Shown: in pieces, positions 20,173-31,871 of the stretch | How the letters are laid out: each line of letters opens with the position of its first letter | Numbering within the stretch: the stretch's first letter is position 1 | Assembly: GCA_041798905.1 (NCBI GenBank) | Contig: JBHCBD010000010.1 | Span: 23,200 to 87,199, forward strand | Origin: Spirochaetales bacterium | Lineage (GTDB): Bacteria > Spirochaetota > Spirochaetia > Sphaerochaetales > Sphaerochaetaceae | Reading direction: 5' to 3' | Length of the DNA stretch: 64,000 nt | Translations under genes and position numbers: made by a program | The notes under the pieces: generated by a model | The model's database searches: none | What the model was told of the DNA's origin: nothing | What the model saw: the letters and a program-made list of their open reading frames with translations, nothing else

Positions 20173-23100
20173 CTAATCATTGTCGTCGCTTTCATCGCCG
20201 TCATCATCGGGCTCACCTTCGGGCAATATCTCCTCATCATCTTCGTCGAAATCCGATCTATCGTCAATCAGATCCTCTTCGAAATCCTCGCTGCTCTCCT
20301 CGAATTCACGCTGGCGGTCCGCCATCGCTGATTCCACCTGGAAATCAAGATCCTCGGTCTCCTCTTCCTGGAGCCTTACGTTGCGATAACGCTTCATGCC
20401 TGTTCCGGCAGGAATCAGGTGGCCTATGACAACATTCTCCTTGAGACCCCGCAATTCATCTCTACTACCAGCAATCGCAGCGTTTGTCAATACCTTAGTC
20501 GTTTCCTGGAATGAAGCTGCGCTGACAAACGAGTCAATGCTGAGGCTTGCGTTCGTTATGCCAAGCAGATAAGGCCTTGCAATGGCAGGCTGGCCTCCAT
20601 CCGCCGCAACACGCTTGTTCTCCTCATTGAACCTGTACTTGTCAACCTTCTGCCAGAGTATGAAGCTGGTGTCTCCGACATTCAGCACCTGAACCTTCTT
20701 AAGCATCTGCCTTATGACGATTCCTATGTGCTTGTCATTGATATCAACGCCCTGATCTCTGTAAACAGACTGAATCTCATTCACAAGATAGGTCTGCAAG
20801 GCATTCTCGCCGCATATATCCAAGATATCATGCGGATCCGGCGTCCCATCGCACAGCTGCTCTCCCGCTTCGACTGAATCGCCCGGCCTGACCAGAACAT
20901 TCTTGCTTGTAGGAACAAGATGCTTGAATTCCTTTCCGTAATCATCGGTGACGATTATCGTGCGCTTGCCCTTGACAATCGGGCCGAACTTGACAATGCC
21001 GTTGACCACTGCAAGAACCGCAACGTTCTTAGGCCGCCTTGCCTCGAACAGATCCCCGACCCTGGGAAGGCCGCCGGTGATGTCGCTGGACTTGGCGCCG
21101 CTCTTGGGGAGCCTTGCCAGAACCTCGCCTTTCGTCACCATCTCTCCGTCCTCAACCTGGATGTAGGCATCGGCCGGCAGATGATAGCCCGCGAGATCCT
21201 TTCCATCATTGTCCATGACGAACAGAGAAGGCTCGATGTTCTCGGTGTTGTGCCTGATGGTCTTGTGAATCGCCTTTCCGGTTTCCTGATTTATCTCATC
21301 GATGTATGTAAGGCCCTTCGTCAGATCCCTGTACTCGATCATTCCATCAAACTCGCTGATGAACGGCTCAAAGAACGGGTCGAAAATCAGTATCGACCTG
21401 CCTGCCTCGACGTAATCCCCCACCTCGACCTGCAGTTCAGAGCCGTTTCGTATCTCGGTGCTGAAATCAGGAGAGAGGACAAGCACCCTGTCTCCGACAA
21501 TGTGTATGCGGCCGCCCATCTTGTTGCATCTCAGCTCATTGCCGCCCTCGTCGATCGCATAGACGGTGTTCCCCGGAATCCTGTCGCCTTCCTTCACCTT
21601 GACCGTGATGCCTTTTCCGACAACAATCGAGTCAAGCACGTTGCTGTAGATGAGGCGTCCCTTCCGGGTGAATATGCGCGCTCCGTCAGAGGCTCTTGTC
21701 ACTATGTTCCCGTAGATGCTCTCAACGTAAATCGGGTGCTTGAAGACAAGCTTGTTCTCCTCCGCCCCGGTTGTGGCCGCGCCTCCGATATGGAAGGTTC
21801 TCATCGTGAGCTGCGTTCCGGGCTGTCCTATGGACTCGGCTGCGATTGTGCCAACGGCTTCTCCGATGTCAACCGTCTTGTTTGTGGCCAGATTCCTGCC
21901 GTAGCATTTGCGGCAGACACCATGCTCGGCCTCACAGGTGAGAACTGTTCTGACAAACACAGACTGCACGCCTGCATCCTCGATTTCCTTCGCCTTTTCA
22001 TCGGAAATCTCATTGTCCACGCCCAGGATCATCTCTCCGGTGATTGGATGCACGACATTCTCCAAGGTGTAATACCCGGTTATCCTATCAGCCAGCGAGA
22101 CGACGACCTCATCGCCCTTCATCACTGCGCTTCTGTATATGCCGTTTATCGTGCCGCAGTCGTCCTCGTTGACCACCACGTCCTGTGATATATCGACAAG
22201 CCTTCTGGTCAGGTAGCCTGCCTCCGCAGTCTTGAGGGCGGTGTCGGAGAGTCCCTTTCTCGCGCCGTTCGTCGAGATGAAGAACTCCATGATTGAAAGC
22301 CCTTCCTTGAAATTGGACTTGATGGGGAACTCGATGATGGCGCCGTTCGGACGGCTCATCAAGCCGCGCATTCCGCCAAGCTGCCTTATCTGGGTCTGGG
22401 AGCCTCTTGCCCCCGAATCGGCCATGAGGAACAGAGGATTGAAGCCGCGCTGGCTCTTTCTAAGCTCGTCCATCAGCCTGTCCGTGAGATTCTTGTTTGC
22501 AACCGACCAGACGTCTATAAGACGGTTATACCGCTCCTCTCTGGTGATATGGCCCTGCTTGAACTGATCAAGTATCTCGTTCTGCTCCTTGTTCGCAGCT
22601 TCGACTATCTCGGCCTTGCATTCAGGGACTATCATGTCCGAAAGCCCTATCGTGGCTCCGAAAACAGTCGCATACTTGAAACCGACGTCCTTTATGCTGT
22701 CAAGCAGCTTGACCACGACCGAATTCGGGCAGCTTTTCAGCGCATGGCCTATGAGTCTCTTCAGCTCCTTGTCGCCGAAGCACTTGTTGACATCATCGAA
22801 CGTGATTGCATCGGTTCTGGGAAGCACATCATAGAAAAGAAGCCTTCCGGCGGTTGTGTAATCCTCCGGATCCTTCGGGTAAGTGAAGCGTCTGCCATCC
22901 GGCAATCTGTATCCTATCTTGGCGTTGTAGGAAAGCGAGCCGGCCTCAAGAGCCATAAGGACTTCGGCGAAGTTATCAAAGTACTTGCCCTGCCCCTTGT
23001 CGTCTTCCTTTGCCCTTGTAAGGTAGTTTATCCCCAAGATCATATCCTGTCCGGGGAATACAATCGGCTTTCCGTTTGCAGGATCCAGCAGGTTCGTGGT

Positions 23101-24528
23101 GCTCAGCATCAAGGTCCAGCACTCCATCTGGGCAGCCTGGGTCAGAGGCACGTGAATCGCCATCTGGTCACCATCGAAGTCTGCATTGTACGCATGGCAC
23201 ACGAGGGGGTGAAGCTTTATCGCCTTTCCGTCCACCAGCACCGGTTCAAAGGCCTGTATGCCCAGACGGTGCAGCGTAGGCGCTCTGTTGAGCATGACGG
23301 GATGCTCCTTCACCACTTCGTCAAGGATTGTCCATACCTCGTTCGTCTCGTCTTCAACAAGGGTCTTCGCCTTCTTTATATTTGAAACGGTGCCGTTCTG
23401 TATAAGCTTCTTCATTATGAAAGGCTTGTACAGCTCAAGAGCCATCTTGGACGGCAGCCCGCACTGATGCAGCCTGAGCTCAGGGCCGACCACAATGACC
23501 GAACGGCCGGAGTAGTCGACACGCTTTCCCAGCAGATTCTGCCTGAATCGTCCCTGCTTTCCCTTGAGCATGTCCGACAGCGACTTGAGAGGCCTGTTGT
23601 TGGCGCCCTTGACGGCGTTCTTCTTCCTCTTGGAATTGTCAAACAATGCATCAACAGCATCCTGAAGCATCCTCTTCTCATTGCGGATGATGATGTCAGG
23701 GGCATGGAGGTTTATGAGACGGTTGAGCCTGTTGTTCCTGTTTATGACCCTTCTGTAAAGATCGTTGAGGTCACTGGTGGCGAACCTGCCGCCATCAAGC
23801 TGAACCATAGGCCTGAGATCCGGCGGTATGACAGGGATGACAGTGAGAATCATCCACTCAGGGCTGTTGCCGCTGTTGCGGAAGTTCTCGCAGACCTCAA
23901 GCCTTTTGAGCACGCGCTTGTCAACCTTGTCGCCTTTCACACGCATCGTCTCGCGAAGCTCTGCGGCGACCTGGTCAAGGTCAAGCTTCTGAAGGAGAAT
24001 CCTTATGGCCTCGGCTCCCATCATCGCGGTGAATTCCTCGCCATACTGCTCGCGCGCCTGGATGTACTCGTCCTCGGTGAGAAGCTCGCGCTCCCTCAGC
24101 TTGGTTCCGCCCGGGTTCACAACAATGTACTTCTCATAATAGAGCACGCTCTGAAGCGCAGTCTTGGGGATCTCCAGAAGGAGGCTCATCTTGGAAGGAG
24201 TCGAACGATAATACCATATATGGGAGACCGGGGAGGCCAGGGTTATGTGCCCCATTCTCTCCCTCCTCACCTTGGTGTTGGTGACCTCCACTCCGCATCT
24301 GTCGCAGACCACCCCGCGATAGCGGATCGATTTGAACTTTCCGCAGAAGCACTCCCACTCCTTCGTTGTTCCAAATATCTTTTCACAGAAAAGACCATCC
24401 CTCTCAGGCCGGAGAGTACGGTAATTGATGGTCTCCGGCTTCTTCACTTCTCCATAGGACCATGCCTTGATCTGCTCAGGTGAAGCCAGTTTTATCCTAA
24501 CGCTATCGAAATCTTGAATTTCCTTCAT
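20173..24528 (-). CDS. rpoC: DNA-directed RNA polymerase subunit beta-prime, with an acidic C-terminal tail
   Basis: 1451-aa ORF with the NADFDGDQM catalytic motif and Zn-finger cysteines near the N-terminus. The last roughly 65 aa are dominated by D/E. Confidence 0.98.
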   Translation of the reverse strand: MKEIQDFDSVRIKLASPEQIKAWSYGEVKKPETINYRTLRPERDGLFCEKIFGTTKEWECFCGKFKSIRYRGVVCDRCGVEVTNTKVRRERMGHITLASPVSHIWYYRSTPSKMSLLLEIPKTALQSVLYYEKYIVVNPGGTKLRERELLTEDEYIQAREQYGEEFTAMMGAEAIRILLQKLDLDQVAAELRETMRVKGDKVDKRVLKRLEVCENFRNSGNSPEWMILTVIPVIPPDLRPMVQLDGGRFATSDLNDLYRRVINRNNRLNRLINLHAPDIIIRNEKRMLQDAVDALFDNSKRKKNAVKGANNRPLKSLSDMLKGKQGRFRQNLLGKRVDYSGRSVIVVGPELRLHQCGLPSKMALELYKPFIMKKLIQNGTVSNIKKAKTLVEDETNEVWTILDEVVKEHPVMLNRAPTLHRLGIQAFEPVLVDGKAIKLHPLVCHAYNADFDGDQMAIHVPLTQAAQMECWTLMLSTTNLLDPANGKPIVFPGQDMILGINYLTRAKEDDKGQGKYFDNFAEVLMALEAGSLSYNAKIGYRLPDGRRFTYPKDPEDYTTAGRLLFYDVLPRTDAITFDDVNKCFGDKELKRLIGHALKSCPNSVVVKLLDSIKDVGFKYATVFGATIGLSDMIVPECKAEIVEAANKEQNEILDQFKQGHITREERYNRLIDVWSVANKNLTDRLMDELRKSQRGFNPLFLMADSGARGSQTQIRQLGGMRGLMSRPNGAIIEFPIKSNFKEGLSIMEFFISTNGARKGLSDTALKTAEAGYLTRRLVDISQDVVVNEDDCGTINGIYRSAVMKGDEVVVSLADRITGYYTLENVVHPITGEMILGVDNEISDEKAKEIEDAGVQSVFVRTVLTCEAEHGVCRKCYGRNLATNKTVDIGEAVGTIAAESIGQPGTQLTMRTFHIGGAATTGAEENKLVFKHPIYVESIYGNIVTRASDGARIFTRKGRLIYSNVLDSIVVGKGITVKVKEGDRIPGNTVYAIDEGGNELRCNKMGGRIHIVGDRVLVLSPDFSTEIRNGSELQVEVGDYVEAGRSILIFDPFFEPFISEFDGMIEYRDLTKGLTYIDEINQETGKAIHKTIRHNTENIEPSLFVMDNDGKDLAGYHLPADAYIQVEDGEMVTKGEVLARLPKSGAKSSDITGGLPRVGDLFEARRPKNVAVLAVVNGIVKFGPIVKGKRTIIVTDDYGKEFKHLVPTSKNVLVRPGDSVEAGEQLCDGTPDPHDILDICGENALQTYLVNEIQSVYRDQGVDINDKHIGIVIRQMLKKVQVLNVGDTSFILWQKVDKYRFNEENKRVAADGGQPAIARPYLLGITNASLSIDSFVSAASFQETTKVLTNAAIAGSRDELRGLKENVVIGHLIPAGTGMKRYRNVRLQEEETEDLDFQVESAMADRQREFEESSEDFEEDLIDDRSDFDEDDEEILPEGEPDDDGDESDDND

Positions 24529-24534
24529 TATCCG

Positions 24535-27500
24535 TCAACTCCTGCTTGTTTGGTTGGCTTTCTTGCTGATAAGCTCTTCATCTCGCTCAGTCAAAGGAAT
24601 CTGCTTTCCCTTTGAATCATAAACCGACATATCCAAGGCCAGGCCTCTGATTTCCTGCACCAGCACATTGAACGCCTCCGGTATTCCAAAGGAAGTGGTC
24701 GGGTTGCCCTTGACTATGCTCTGATAGACGTTCACACGTCCGTTCATGTCATCGCTCTTTATGGTGAGAAGCTCCTGAAGCGTGTTGGCGGCGCCGTAGG
24801 CCTCCAATGCCCAGACCTCCATCTCACCAAGCCTCTGGCCTCCGAACTGAGCCTTTCCGCCAAGCGGCTGCTGCGTCACAAGCGAGTACGGCCCTGTCGA
24901 GCGGGCATGCATCTTGTCGTCAACAAGATGGTGCAGCTTGAGATAGTATATGTATCCGCAGAACACCGGGTTCACGAACGGAACGCCGGTGCGTCCATCA
25001 TAAAGCATGGTCTTTGAGTTAGCCGGAAGCCCCGCCTCGGCCATCTTCCGCTCAATCTGTTCGGTCGATGCGCTCTGGAACACAGGAGAGGTGTACCACT
25101 CATCAAGCCTGGCGGCCGCCCAGCCAAGCTGGGTCTCCATCAGCTGTCCGATGTTCATTCGCGAAGGAACGCCCAGCGGATTGAGGCAGACATCAAGCGG
25201 CGTGCCATCTTCCATGAACGGCATATCCTCCTCGGGGAGGATTCTGGATACAACGCCCTTGTTTCCATGGCGTCCGGCCATCTTGTCTCCCTGACGCAGC
25301 TTCCTCTTGGTGGCTATGAGAACCTTGACGGTCTCCTCCACTCCCGGCGGAAGATCGTCTCCCGAATCCCTTCTGAGACGCTGGACATCAATCACAACGC
25401 CTTCGGTGCCGTGCGGAACCTTAAGCGAGGTGTCCCTCACTTCCTTGGCCTTCTCTCCGAATATCGAATTGAGCAGCCTGAACTCGGGAGTCATGTCGCT
25501 CTCGTTCTTAGGGGTTATCTTCCCCACCAGGATATGGCCGGGACGAACCATCGTTCCGATGTTGACGATTCCATCAGCATCCAGATTCTCGACCTTCTTC
25601 TCCGATGTGCTCGGAATGTCCCTGGTGAGCTTCTCGCTTCCCAGCTTCGTCTCGCGTATATCGGTTGAAAGCTCTCTTATATGGATTGAGGTGTATATGT
25701 CTTCCTTCACCACCCTCTCCGAGATAAGAACAGCATCCTCGTAGTTATACCCGTTCCAAGGAACGAATCCGACAAGTATGTTCCTTCCCAGAGCCAGTTC
25801 GCCGCCTTCGGTGGCGGGGCCGTCCGCCAGAATGCTCCCCTTCTCTACGCTTTCGCCCACCGAAACAATCGGCTTCTGCGTGAAGCAGGTGTCCTGGTTC
25901 GTCCGCTGGAACTTCTGAACGGCATATATGTCGACCTCGCCCTCTATCTCCGGATCATCGGGAGAGACACGTATCTCAGTAGACGATACATATGAGACCA
26001 CGCCGGCGCGTCTGGCCTTTATCAGCACTCCGCTGTCATAGGCGGTCTTGCCTTCCATTCCTGTCCCTACCCTCGGAGCCTCCGGGAATACGAGAGGGAC
26101 TGCCTGGCGCTGCATGTTGGAGCCCATCAGAGCGCGGTTGGCGTCATCATGCTCCAGGAAAGGAATCAGGGAAGCGGCGACCGATATTACCTGCTTCGGG
26201 GAAACGTCCATGTAGGATATCTCCTCCGGAGCGACTGTCATGTAATCTCCCTTGAGCCTGCAAGGAACATCCTTGCTGACAAACGACCCATCAGCATTCA
26301 GCTCGGCGTTGGCCTGAGCAATGCGGTATCTCTCCTCATCGTTCGCATCGAGATAGACAACCTCGCCCGTCGCCTTCCCCTTGACCACCTTCCTGTAAGG
26401 AGTTTCAAGGAATCCGAAGCTGTTCACTCTGGTGTAGTTGGCCAAAGAGACAATCAAGCCGATGTTCGGGCCTTCAGGCGTCTCAATCGGGCACATTCTT
26501 CCATAGTGGGTGTAATGGACATCCCTGACCTCGAATCCTGCGCGGTCCCTGTTGAGGCCTCCGTTTCCAAGAGCTGTGAGCCTTCTCTTATGGGTCAGCT
26601 CAGACAGCGGGTTTATCTGATCCATGAACTGGGAGAACTGGCTGCTGCCGAAGAACTCCTTTATCACCGCGACTATCGGCTTGTTGGCGATCAGGTCGCG
26701 CGGCTTGACGCTCTGGCTTGTCTCCTGATTCATCCTCTCCTTTGCAATCCTTTCCATTCTTGTGAATGCAACCTTGAGCTGCTGCTGGAGAAGCTCGCCC
26801 ACGCTTCTGACGCGCCTGTTTCCCAGATGGTCTATATCATCCACGCTCTCTTCGCCGTCATAGACCTTTATGAGGTATCTCATCGTGTTGACTATGTCGG
26901 CCGGGCACAGGACAGTGCTTTTGTTCGTTTCAATCTCATGCTCGTCGTTTGAGAATTTCTTTATGAGCTTATAGCGGCCCACGGCCCCGAGATCATAGCG
27001 CCTGGAGGAGAAGAACATCTCCGGAAGCTCTTTCTCGGCTCTCTCGATGCTGACCATCTCGCCGCTCATCAGAACGCTGAATATCTGCGTGAGAACATTT
27101 TCCTTTGCAGGCTCGTCGAATCCCGCATCAGCGTCGGTGTATTTCGCATCCTCGATGTCGAAGCAGTTGAGAATCACTTCATTGTGGAGCGTGTCGGGAT
27201 TCTTCTTGTTCATATCGATGACCCACAGGCTCTTGACTCCAAGAGCGGCAAGCTCATCAATCATATGCGCCTGAAGCGCATCGCCCGCCCTGAGAACCTT
27301 GCGCTGCGCCCCGTCCACCTCAGCGAACACGTCCTTGTACAGCCTGAGACCGGCAAGGGTGTCCTTCGTCTCTTCGCTTATGGCGACTTCCATGCCCTTG
27401 TAGAACTGCTCAAGTATCTTCTCCCTCGTGTTGAAGCCAATGGCCCTCAGGAAAAGCGTTCCAAGGATTCTCTTCTTCCTATCGATCTTGGTGACGATTA

Positions 27501-28059
27501 TCTTTCTTTTCTCATCAATCTCAAACTCCAGCCAAGAGCCTCTGTAAGGTATGATTCTGGAAGAGAGTATGTCTTTCTCGTGGGAGAATATCACGCCCGG
27601 AGAGCGGTGTATCTGGCTTACGACCACACGCTCGGCGCCGTTGATGATGAAGGTGCCTCTCTCGGTCATAAGCGGAAGATCGCCGAAGAAAATCGATGTC
27701 TCCCTTATCTCTCCCGTCTCCGCCAGCTCAAGGGATATCCTTGCCCGCAACGGAACGGAATATGTCCTGCCTTTTCTCTTGCATTCGATCTCAGAGAACT
27801 TTATATTTTCGAAATCAAGCTGATATGACTCGAAATTGAGAGTCATGTCGTTGTTCTGACTGGAAATCGGGAAGGTCGACTCAAAAACATCCTCCAGTCC
27901 CTGGCCGGGATTGACCGGCAGTCCCTGCTTCACCTTCTCGCTTTGAAGAAAGCTTTCGTAGGAATCCTTCTGAATGCCAATCAGATCGGGGAGCTCGCAT
28001 GTTTCTTCGAACTTCCTTCCAATGTAAATACGGTTCTTGGCTTTGCCCGTGGCAACCAT
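24535..28059 (-). CDS. rpoB: DNA-directed RNA polymerase subunit beta
   Basis: 1174-aa ORF with RpoB motifs ([34 protein letters not shown]). Confidence 0.98.
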   Translation of the reverse strand: MVATGKAKNRIYIGRKFEETCELPDLIGIQKDSYESFLQSEKVKQGLPVNPGQGLEDVFESTFPISSQNNDMTLNFESYQLDFENIKFSEIECKRKGRTYSVPLRARISLELAETGEIRETSIFFGDLPLMTERGTFIINGAERVVVSQIHRSPGVIFSHEKDILSSRIIPYRGSWLEFEIDEKRKIIVTKIDRKKRILGTLFLRAIGFNTREKILEQFYKGMEVAISEETKDTLAGLRLYKDVFAEVDGAQRKVLRAGDALQAHMIDELAALGVKSLWVIDMNKKNPDTLHNEVILNCFDIEDAKYTDADAGFDEPAKENVLTQIFSVLMSGEMVSIERAEKELPEMFFSSRRYDLGAVGRYKLIKKFSNDEHEIETNKSTVLCPADIVNTMRYLIKVYDGEESVDDIDHLGNRRVRSVGELLQQQLKVAFTRMERIAKERMNQETSQSVKPRDLIANKPIVAVIKEFFGSSQFSQFMDQINPLSELTHKRRLTALGNGGLNRDRAGFEVRDVHYTHYGRMCPIETPEGPNIGLIVSLANYTRVNSFGFLETPYRKVVKGKATGEVVYLDANDEERYRIAQANAELNADGSFVSKDVPCRLKGDYMTVAPEEISYMDVSPKQVISVAASLIPFLEHDDANRALMGSNMQRQAVPLVFPEAPRVGTGMEGKTAYDSGVLIKARRAGVVSYVSSTEIRVSPDDPEIEGEVDIYAVQKFQRTNQDTCFTQKPIVSVGESVEKGSILADGPATEGGELALGRNILVGFVPWNGYNYEDAVLISERVVKEDIYTSIHIRELSTDIRETKLGSEKLTRDIPSTSEKKVENLDADGIVNIGTMVRPGHILVGKITPKNESDMTPEFRLLNSIFGEKAKEVRDTSLKVPHGTEGVVIDVQRLRRDSGDDLPPGVEETVKVLIATKRKLRQGDKMAGRHGNKGVVSRILPEEDMPFMEDGTPLDVCLNPLGVPSRMNIGQLMETQLGWAAARLDEWYTSPVFQSASTEQIERKMAEAGLPANSKTMLYDGRTGVPFVNPVFCGYIYYLKLHHLVDDKMHARSTGPYSLVTQQPLGGKAQFGGQRLGEMEVWALEAYGAANTLQELLTIKSDDMNGRVNVYQSIVKGNPTTSFGIPEAFNVLVQEIRGLALDMSVYDSKGKQIPLTERDEELISKKANQTSRS

Positions 28060-28228
28060 CTTGTGCCCTCCAACTCAGTTTGAGGATGAAACATCGTCTC
28101 TCAAGCGGGCAGCAGGACTATTTCACCTGCACCTATTCCGTTCTTTTCACCTGCCTCGCCCGGCTTTCGCCAAACTCCGGGCGGGAAAAATGAAAACACG
28201 ATGTTGTGTTAAACGAAAAGACGCGTCA

Positions 28229-28247
28229 AGCCCCTGTGCGGGGCTTA
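28229..28247 (-). terminator. Hairpin in the rplL-rpoB spacer (possible partial terminator/attenuator)
   Basis: The minus strand reads AAGCCCC-GCACA-GGGGCTT (7-bp stem) followed by GACGCGTCTTTTCGTTT. The position is analogous to the enterobacterial rplL-rpoB attenuator, but the T-run is short and distal. Confidence 0.35.
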
Positions 28248-28348
28248 GACAACAAAGCCCCATCTCTGGACATCAGCCGCAACGTCAAATCAACTGCAAT
28301 GTCAAATCAGCCGCAGCGTCAATCCGGACATGGGCGCTCATCAAACTA

Positions 28349-28723
28349 TTATTTGACCTCCACGGTGCAGCCAGCGGCCTCAAGCTTCTCCTTGATGGTC
28401 TTGGCCTCTTCCTTGGAAATCCCTTCCTTGACCTTTCCGCCCTGCTCGACCAGGTTCTTAGCCTCCTGAAGGCCAAGCTCTGTGCAAGCCCTGACTTCCT
28501 TGATCGCAGGAATCTTCCTGGCGGGATCGAAGCCCTTGATGATGACATCGAACTCGGTCTGCTCATCAACCTCTTCGGCCGGAGCGGCGGCTGCGCCATT
28601 CGCCGGTGCCACAGCGGCGGCCGCGGTGACGCCGAACTTCTCTTCCATGGCCTTTATCAGGTCAGAGACCTCAAGGACCGTCATGTTTGCGATTGTTTCC
28701 AGAATTTCTTCTTTGGTAGCCAT
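28349..28723 (-). CDS. rplL: 50S ribosomal protein L7/L12
   Basis: 124-aa ORF with an Ala-rich hinge and a C-terminal domain ([20 protein letters not shown]). Confidence 0.97.
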   Translation of the reverse strand: MATKEEILETIANMTVLEVSDLIKAMEEKFGVTAAAAVAPANGAAAAPAEEVDEQTEFDVIIKGFDPARKIPAIKEVRACTELGLQEAKNLVEQGGKVKEGISKEEAKTIKEKLEAAGCTVEVK

Positions 28724-28785
28724 ATTATCTTCTCCTAAAATTCAATGACAGCAGTAGTTGGTTACAGAACGAAGACTAATGCCGT

Positions 28786-29310
28786 TTAATTGTTCGTTTT
28801 TCCTTCAAGCTTCTCAGTGTAAGCAAGAAGAGTCGCAGCCAGCTTCTGGACAGGAGCCTTCATAGTTCCCATGAGGATGCTTATCAGCTCAAGCCTGGTC
28901 GGCAGTTTCGAGAATGCCTCCATCTGGGCGGCATCATAGACCTTTCCATCGAGATATCCGCCCTTCACGACCAGCTTGTTCGTCTCCTTTGCGCAGGCAA
29001 ACAAAGCCTTGGCCGCCGGGCCTTCATTCTCACCGTTGGCAAGAACCACGGCTGTGGGGCCTTTCAGGCAATCATCCAAGCCCTGGTGATCAAGCTCTTT
29101 CAGAGCGATCTTGGCGAATCTGTTCTTCACAACCCTGCATACAGAGTCATTCTTGCGAAGCTGCCTCCGGAGGTTGGTTATCTCCTGAACGGTCAGCCCT
29201 CTGTATTCAGCGAAGAAGAAGCCGGAATAATTCCGGAATTCGTTCCTGAGTTGCTCAACAGCCTTTTCCTTGTCCGCATTTATACGTGTCTTGTGTTCAA
29301 TTTCAGCCAT
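28786..29310 (-). CDS. rplJ: 50S ribosomal protein L10
   Basis: L10-like sequence starts at MAEIEHKTRINADKEKAVEQL (ATG at 29310-29308, with a GGAG SD upstream). The track ORF extends to 29403, which would overlap rplA. Confidence 0.9.
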   Translation of the reverse strand: MAEIEHKTRINADKEKAVEQLRNEFRNYSGFFFAEYRGLTVQEITNLRRQLRKNDSVCRVVKNRFAKIALKELDHQGLDDCLKGPTAVVLANGENEGPAAKALFACAKETNKLVVKGGYLDGKVYDAAQMEAFSKLPTRLELISILMGTMKAPVQKLAATLLAYTEKLEGKTNN

Positions 29311-29323
29311 ATTCGCATCTCCT

Positions 29324-30013
29324 CTACTTTCTGTCGCCGGCTTCATTGAAGTTGACGACAACGCCAGGCCCCATGGTGGAAGCCAGCGCAAGGGAACGGA
29401 CAAACTCGCCCTTCACATCGGACGGCCTTCTCTTGAGAACCTCCGAATAGACGACCCTGGCATTCTCAGCGATCTTCTCCTTGTCCATGGACACCTTTCC
29501 CACCGCAAGATGGACAACTCCGGTCTTGTCAGAGCGGAATTCCACTCTTCCCTGGCGAAGCTCCGCCAATGCGCCCTTCAGATCCATCGTGACGGTATGG
29601 GTCTTGGGGTTGGGCATCAAGCCTCTCCTTCCGAGAATCGGGCCAAGACGTCCGACTGATTTCATCATGTCAGGGGTGGCGACGGCCACATCGAAATCCA
29701 TCCAGCCGTCCTTTATCTTCTCCACAAGGTCTTCGTCGCCAACGTAGGCAGCTCCGGCTTCCCTGGCCTCATCAGCCTTCTCGCCTTTTGCGAAGACAAG
29801 AATCTTCTTCTCAGCCGAGAACTGATTAGGCAGGACAACCGTGTCCCTGACGCTCTGGCTCTTGCTCAAGGCAAGGCGGATGTGAAGCTCAACGGTCTCA
29901 TCGAATTTCGCGAAAGCGATATCCTTGACGACCTGCGCGGCTTCCTCGAAGCTGTATGACTTCTGGGGGTCATATTTCTTCAATGCTTCAAGATACTTCT
30001 TCCCGTGCTTCAT
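29324..30013 (-). CDS. rplA: 50S ribosomal protein L1
   Basis: 229-aa ORF with L1 motifs ([14 protein letters not shown]). Confidence 0.97.
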   Translation of the reverse strand: MKHGKKYLEALKKYDPQKSYSFEEAAQVVKDIAFAKFDETVELHIRLALSKSQSVRDTVVLPNQFSAEKKILVFAKGEKADEAREAGAAYVGDEDLVEKIKDGWMDFDVAVATPDMMKSVGRLGPILGRRGLMPNPKTHTVTMDLKGALAELRQGRVEFRSDKTGVVHLAVGKVSMDKEKIAENARVVYSEVLKRRPSDVKGEFVRSLALASTMGPGVVVNFNEAGDRK

Positions 30014-30441
30014 TTCTCCACCTCCACACCCATGCTTCTCGCCGTGCCGGCGACTATTCTCTTGGCCGCCTCCACATCGTTGGCATTGAGATCAGGCAGC
30101 TTCACCTTGGCAATCTCCTCAAGCTGAGCCTGGGACAGCCTGCCCGCCTTCTCCTTGTTAGGAACGCCGCTGGCTTTGCTGAGGCCAAGGGCCTTCTTTA
30201 TCAGCACTGCGGCCGGGGGTGTCTTGAGAATGAAGCTGAATGTGCGGTCTGCATAGACTGTTATGACAGCCGGAACAACCAAGCCCGGTTCAAACTGCTT
30301 GGTTCTTTCATTGAACTGCTGGACGAACTGCGGAGCGCTTACTCCATGAGGCCCCAAAGCGGGTCCTACTGGAGGCGCCGGCGTGGCCTTCTGGGCAGGG
30401 CACTGCAACTTGATTATTGCGGCAACCTTCTTGTTTGCCAT
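30010..30441 (-). CDS. rplK: 50S ribosomal protein L11
   Basis: 143-aa ORF containing [21 protein letters not shown], typical of L11. It overlaps rplA by 4 nt. Confidence 0.97.
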   Translation of the reverse strand: MANKKVAAIIKLQCPAQKATPAPPVGPALGPHGVSAPQFVQQFNERTKQFEPGLVVPAVITVYADRTFSFILKTPPAAVLIKKALGLSKASGVPNKEKAGRLSQAQLEEIAKVKLPDLNANDVEAAKRIVAGTARSMGVEVEK

Positions 30442-30643
30442 CTTCTTTTCTCCTTATACATGGAACACAGCTCCATGTCTGGTATTAACGCCTGTCATAC
30501 GATCAGGCTCCCACCTATCCGGCATGCCGGAGAGGAGTTTCACTTTAAACGGCGTCCATATGCAAAGAACAGATTGCAGATTCCCGACGCCTGGGAATCA
30601 TAGTCTGAAACGCCGCCTCCCGCCTGCGGGGTGAAATGCGCGC
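30442..30643 (-). promoter_or_regulatory. Structured 202-nt nusG-rplK spacer (candidate rplKA promoter and L1-type autoregulatory leader)
   Basis: The minus strand contains the hairpin ATTCCC-N7-GGGAAT, the 12-nt palindrome CCGGCATGCCGG, and CATGGA-N7-TCCATG. The last lies directly upstream of the AAGGAG SD of rplK. The function is inferred only from position. Confidence 0.3.
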
Positions 30644-31201
30644 TCAGACCTTCTCCACCTGACTGAAGTCAACATCAACAGGAGTGGGCCTTCCGAATAT
30701 CTCAACGGAAACCCTGAGCCGCGACTTCTCCAGGTTTATCTCCTCGATTGTTCCGGCGAACTGGTCGAACGGGCCATCCACTATCCTCACCCTGTCGCCT
30801 GCGCTGAATGACTGGCGCGGCTTGAAGACGTTCTCGCCTTGGATCTCTCCTGTCTGACGAAGAATCTCGGTGAACTCAGCTGTCGAGAGAGGCTTGGGCA
30901 TCGTTCTGGAAGTCCCGGTAAGGAAGCCGGTGACACCTTCGATTCTCTTTATCTGGGTGCATATATTCTTCCAATTGATGTCAGTGAGGTCCAGGTCAAC
31001 CAGTATGTAGCCGGGAAGGATCTTATCCTTTATCTCCTTCTTCTTCCCGTCCTGATTCTCGGTGCGCGTGGCGAAAGGAATCTTCACATCAAAGCAAAAC
31101 ATGGCGAAATCAGGATTCGTGTCCATCATCCGCCTTATTATCCTTTCTATCTTCTGCTCGTATCCTGAATAAGTATGCACTACGTGCCAGCCTCTAGACA
31201 T
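30644..31201 (-). CDS. nusG: Transcription termination/antitermination factor NusG
   Basis: 185-aa ORF with an NGN domain (WHVVHTYSGYEQK) and a KOW motif (GDRVRIVDGPFDQFAGTI). Confidence 0.96.
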   Translation of the reverse strand: MSRGWHVVHTYSGYEQKIERIIRRMMDTNPDFAMFCFDVKIPFATRTENQDGKKKEIKDKILPGYILVDLDLTDINWKNICTQIKRIEGVTGFLTGTSRTMPKPLSTAEFTEILRQTGEIQGENVFKPRQSFSAGDRVRIVDGPFDQFAGTIEEINLEKSRLRVSVEIFGRPTPVDVDFSQVEKV

Positions 31202-31213
31202 CTCGACCTCTAT

Positions 31214-31393
31214 TTAGAACAAAAGCTCCAATCCCTTTAGCAGGAGGAAATCCACAAGCCCTAGGAATATGGCAAAGAAAAGAGAGGAGACGATGACGAC
31301 GACCGTGGCCTTTCCGACATACTGCCTGGAAGGCCAGACGACTTTCTTCATCTCTGCTGCGCTTTCTTTGAAATACCTGATGATCTTCTTCAT
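31214..31393 (-). CDS. secE: Preprotein translocase subunit SecE
   Basis: Hand translation gives MKKIIRYFKESAAEMKKVVWPSRQYVGKATVVVIVSSLFFAIFLGLVDFLLLKGLELLF (59 aa). It has the KKVVWPSR motif plus one TM helix. It is in a different frame from the 72-aa track ORF at 31194-31412. Confidence 0.9.
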   Translation of the reverse strand: MKKIIRYFKESAAEMKKVVWPSRQYVGKATVVVIVSSLFFAIFLGLVDFLLLKGLELLF

Positions 31394-31427
31394 TAATGAC
31401 TCCTATCGGCAAGAATTCAGGCCAGGA

Positions 31428-31501
31428 GGGATTCGAACCCCCAACACCCGGTTTTGGAGACCAGTGCTCTAACCGTTGGAGCTACTGACCTAAATATCCT
31501 A
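31428..31501 (-). tRNA. tRNA-Trp (anticodon CCA)
   Basis: Folded by hand. The acceptor stem is AGGTCAG/CTGGCCT, the D arm GCTC..GAGC, the anticodon loop CTCCAAA and the T arm GGGGG-TTCGAAT-CCCTC. No CCA is encoded. It sits in the classical position between rpmG and secE. Confidence 0.92.
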
Positions 31502-31514
31502 AAAAGCAATGATG

Positions 31515-31691
31515 CTATTTTATCTTGGTTTCCCTGTGCAGCGTATGCTTGCGCTCAAACGGGCAGTATTTCATAAGCTCAAGCTTGCCCGGAGTGTTGC
31601 GGCGGTTCTTCTCTGTCGTGTAATTCTTCTGCTTGCATTCGGTGCACTGAAGGGCGATCTTCTCAACCGGCCCCTTTTTCTTATCTGCCAT
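31515..31691 (-). CDS. rpmG: 50S ribosomal protein L33
   Basis: [58 protein letters not shown] (58 aa) from the ATG at 31691, with a GGAG SD. The track ORF is extended upstream across the tRNA-Thr. Confidence 0.92.
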   Translation of the reverse strand: MADKKKGPVEKIALQCTECKQKNYTTEKNRRNTPGKLELMKYCPFERKHTLHRETKIK

Positions 31692-31736
31692 GACCTTACT
31701 CCTCTGCCAGGCGGTGAAGCCCGGCAAAACACTTAA

Positions 31737-31809
31737 AGCCTTCGGGCGGAATTGAACCGCCGACCCCATCCTTACCAAGGATGTGCTCTGCCACCTGAGC
31801 TACAAAGGC
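31737..31809 (-). tRNA. tRNA-Thr (anticodon GGT)
   Basis: Folded by hand. The acceptor stem is GCCTTTG/CGAAGGC, the D arm GCTC..GAGC, the anticodon stem-loop CATCC-TTGGTAA-GGATG and the T arm GGCGG-TTCAATT-CCGCC. Confidence 0.92.
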
Positions 31810-31842
31810 AAAAAGACGCACTCTCCAAGGCGTGCAAATGAC

Positions 31843-31871
31843 AAAATAGCAATTGCGCCATGTTTTGTCAA
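31843..31871 (-). promoter_or_regulatory. Candidate sigma70-type promoter for the tRNA-Thr-rpmG-tRNA-Trp-secE-nusG unit
   Basis: The minus strand reads TTGACA, a 17-nt spacer, then TATTTT. It ends about 34 nt upstream of the tRNA-Thr 5' end. Confidence 0.45.

Noticed and set aside
20920-24483. Long plus-strand ORFs (422 aa at 20920-22188, 278 aa at 22549-23385, 338 aa at 23467-24483) opposite rpoC.
   Set aside because: They are antisense shadow ORFs inside a gene with unmistakable RpoC homology. The translations are low-complexity and Arg/Leu/Gly-rich with no motifs. This is typical of GC-rich DNA.
31194-31412. 72-aa track ORF at the secE position.
   Set aside because: Its translation has no TM helix. 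A different frame gives a canonical 59-aa SecE (31214-31393) with the KKVVWPSR motif and one TM segment.
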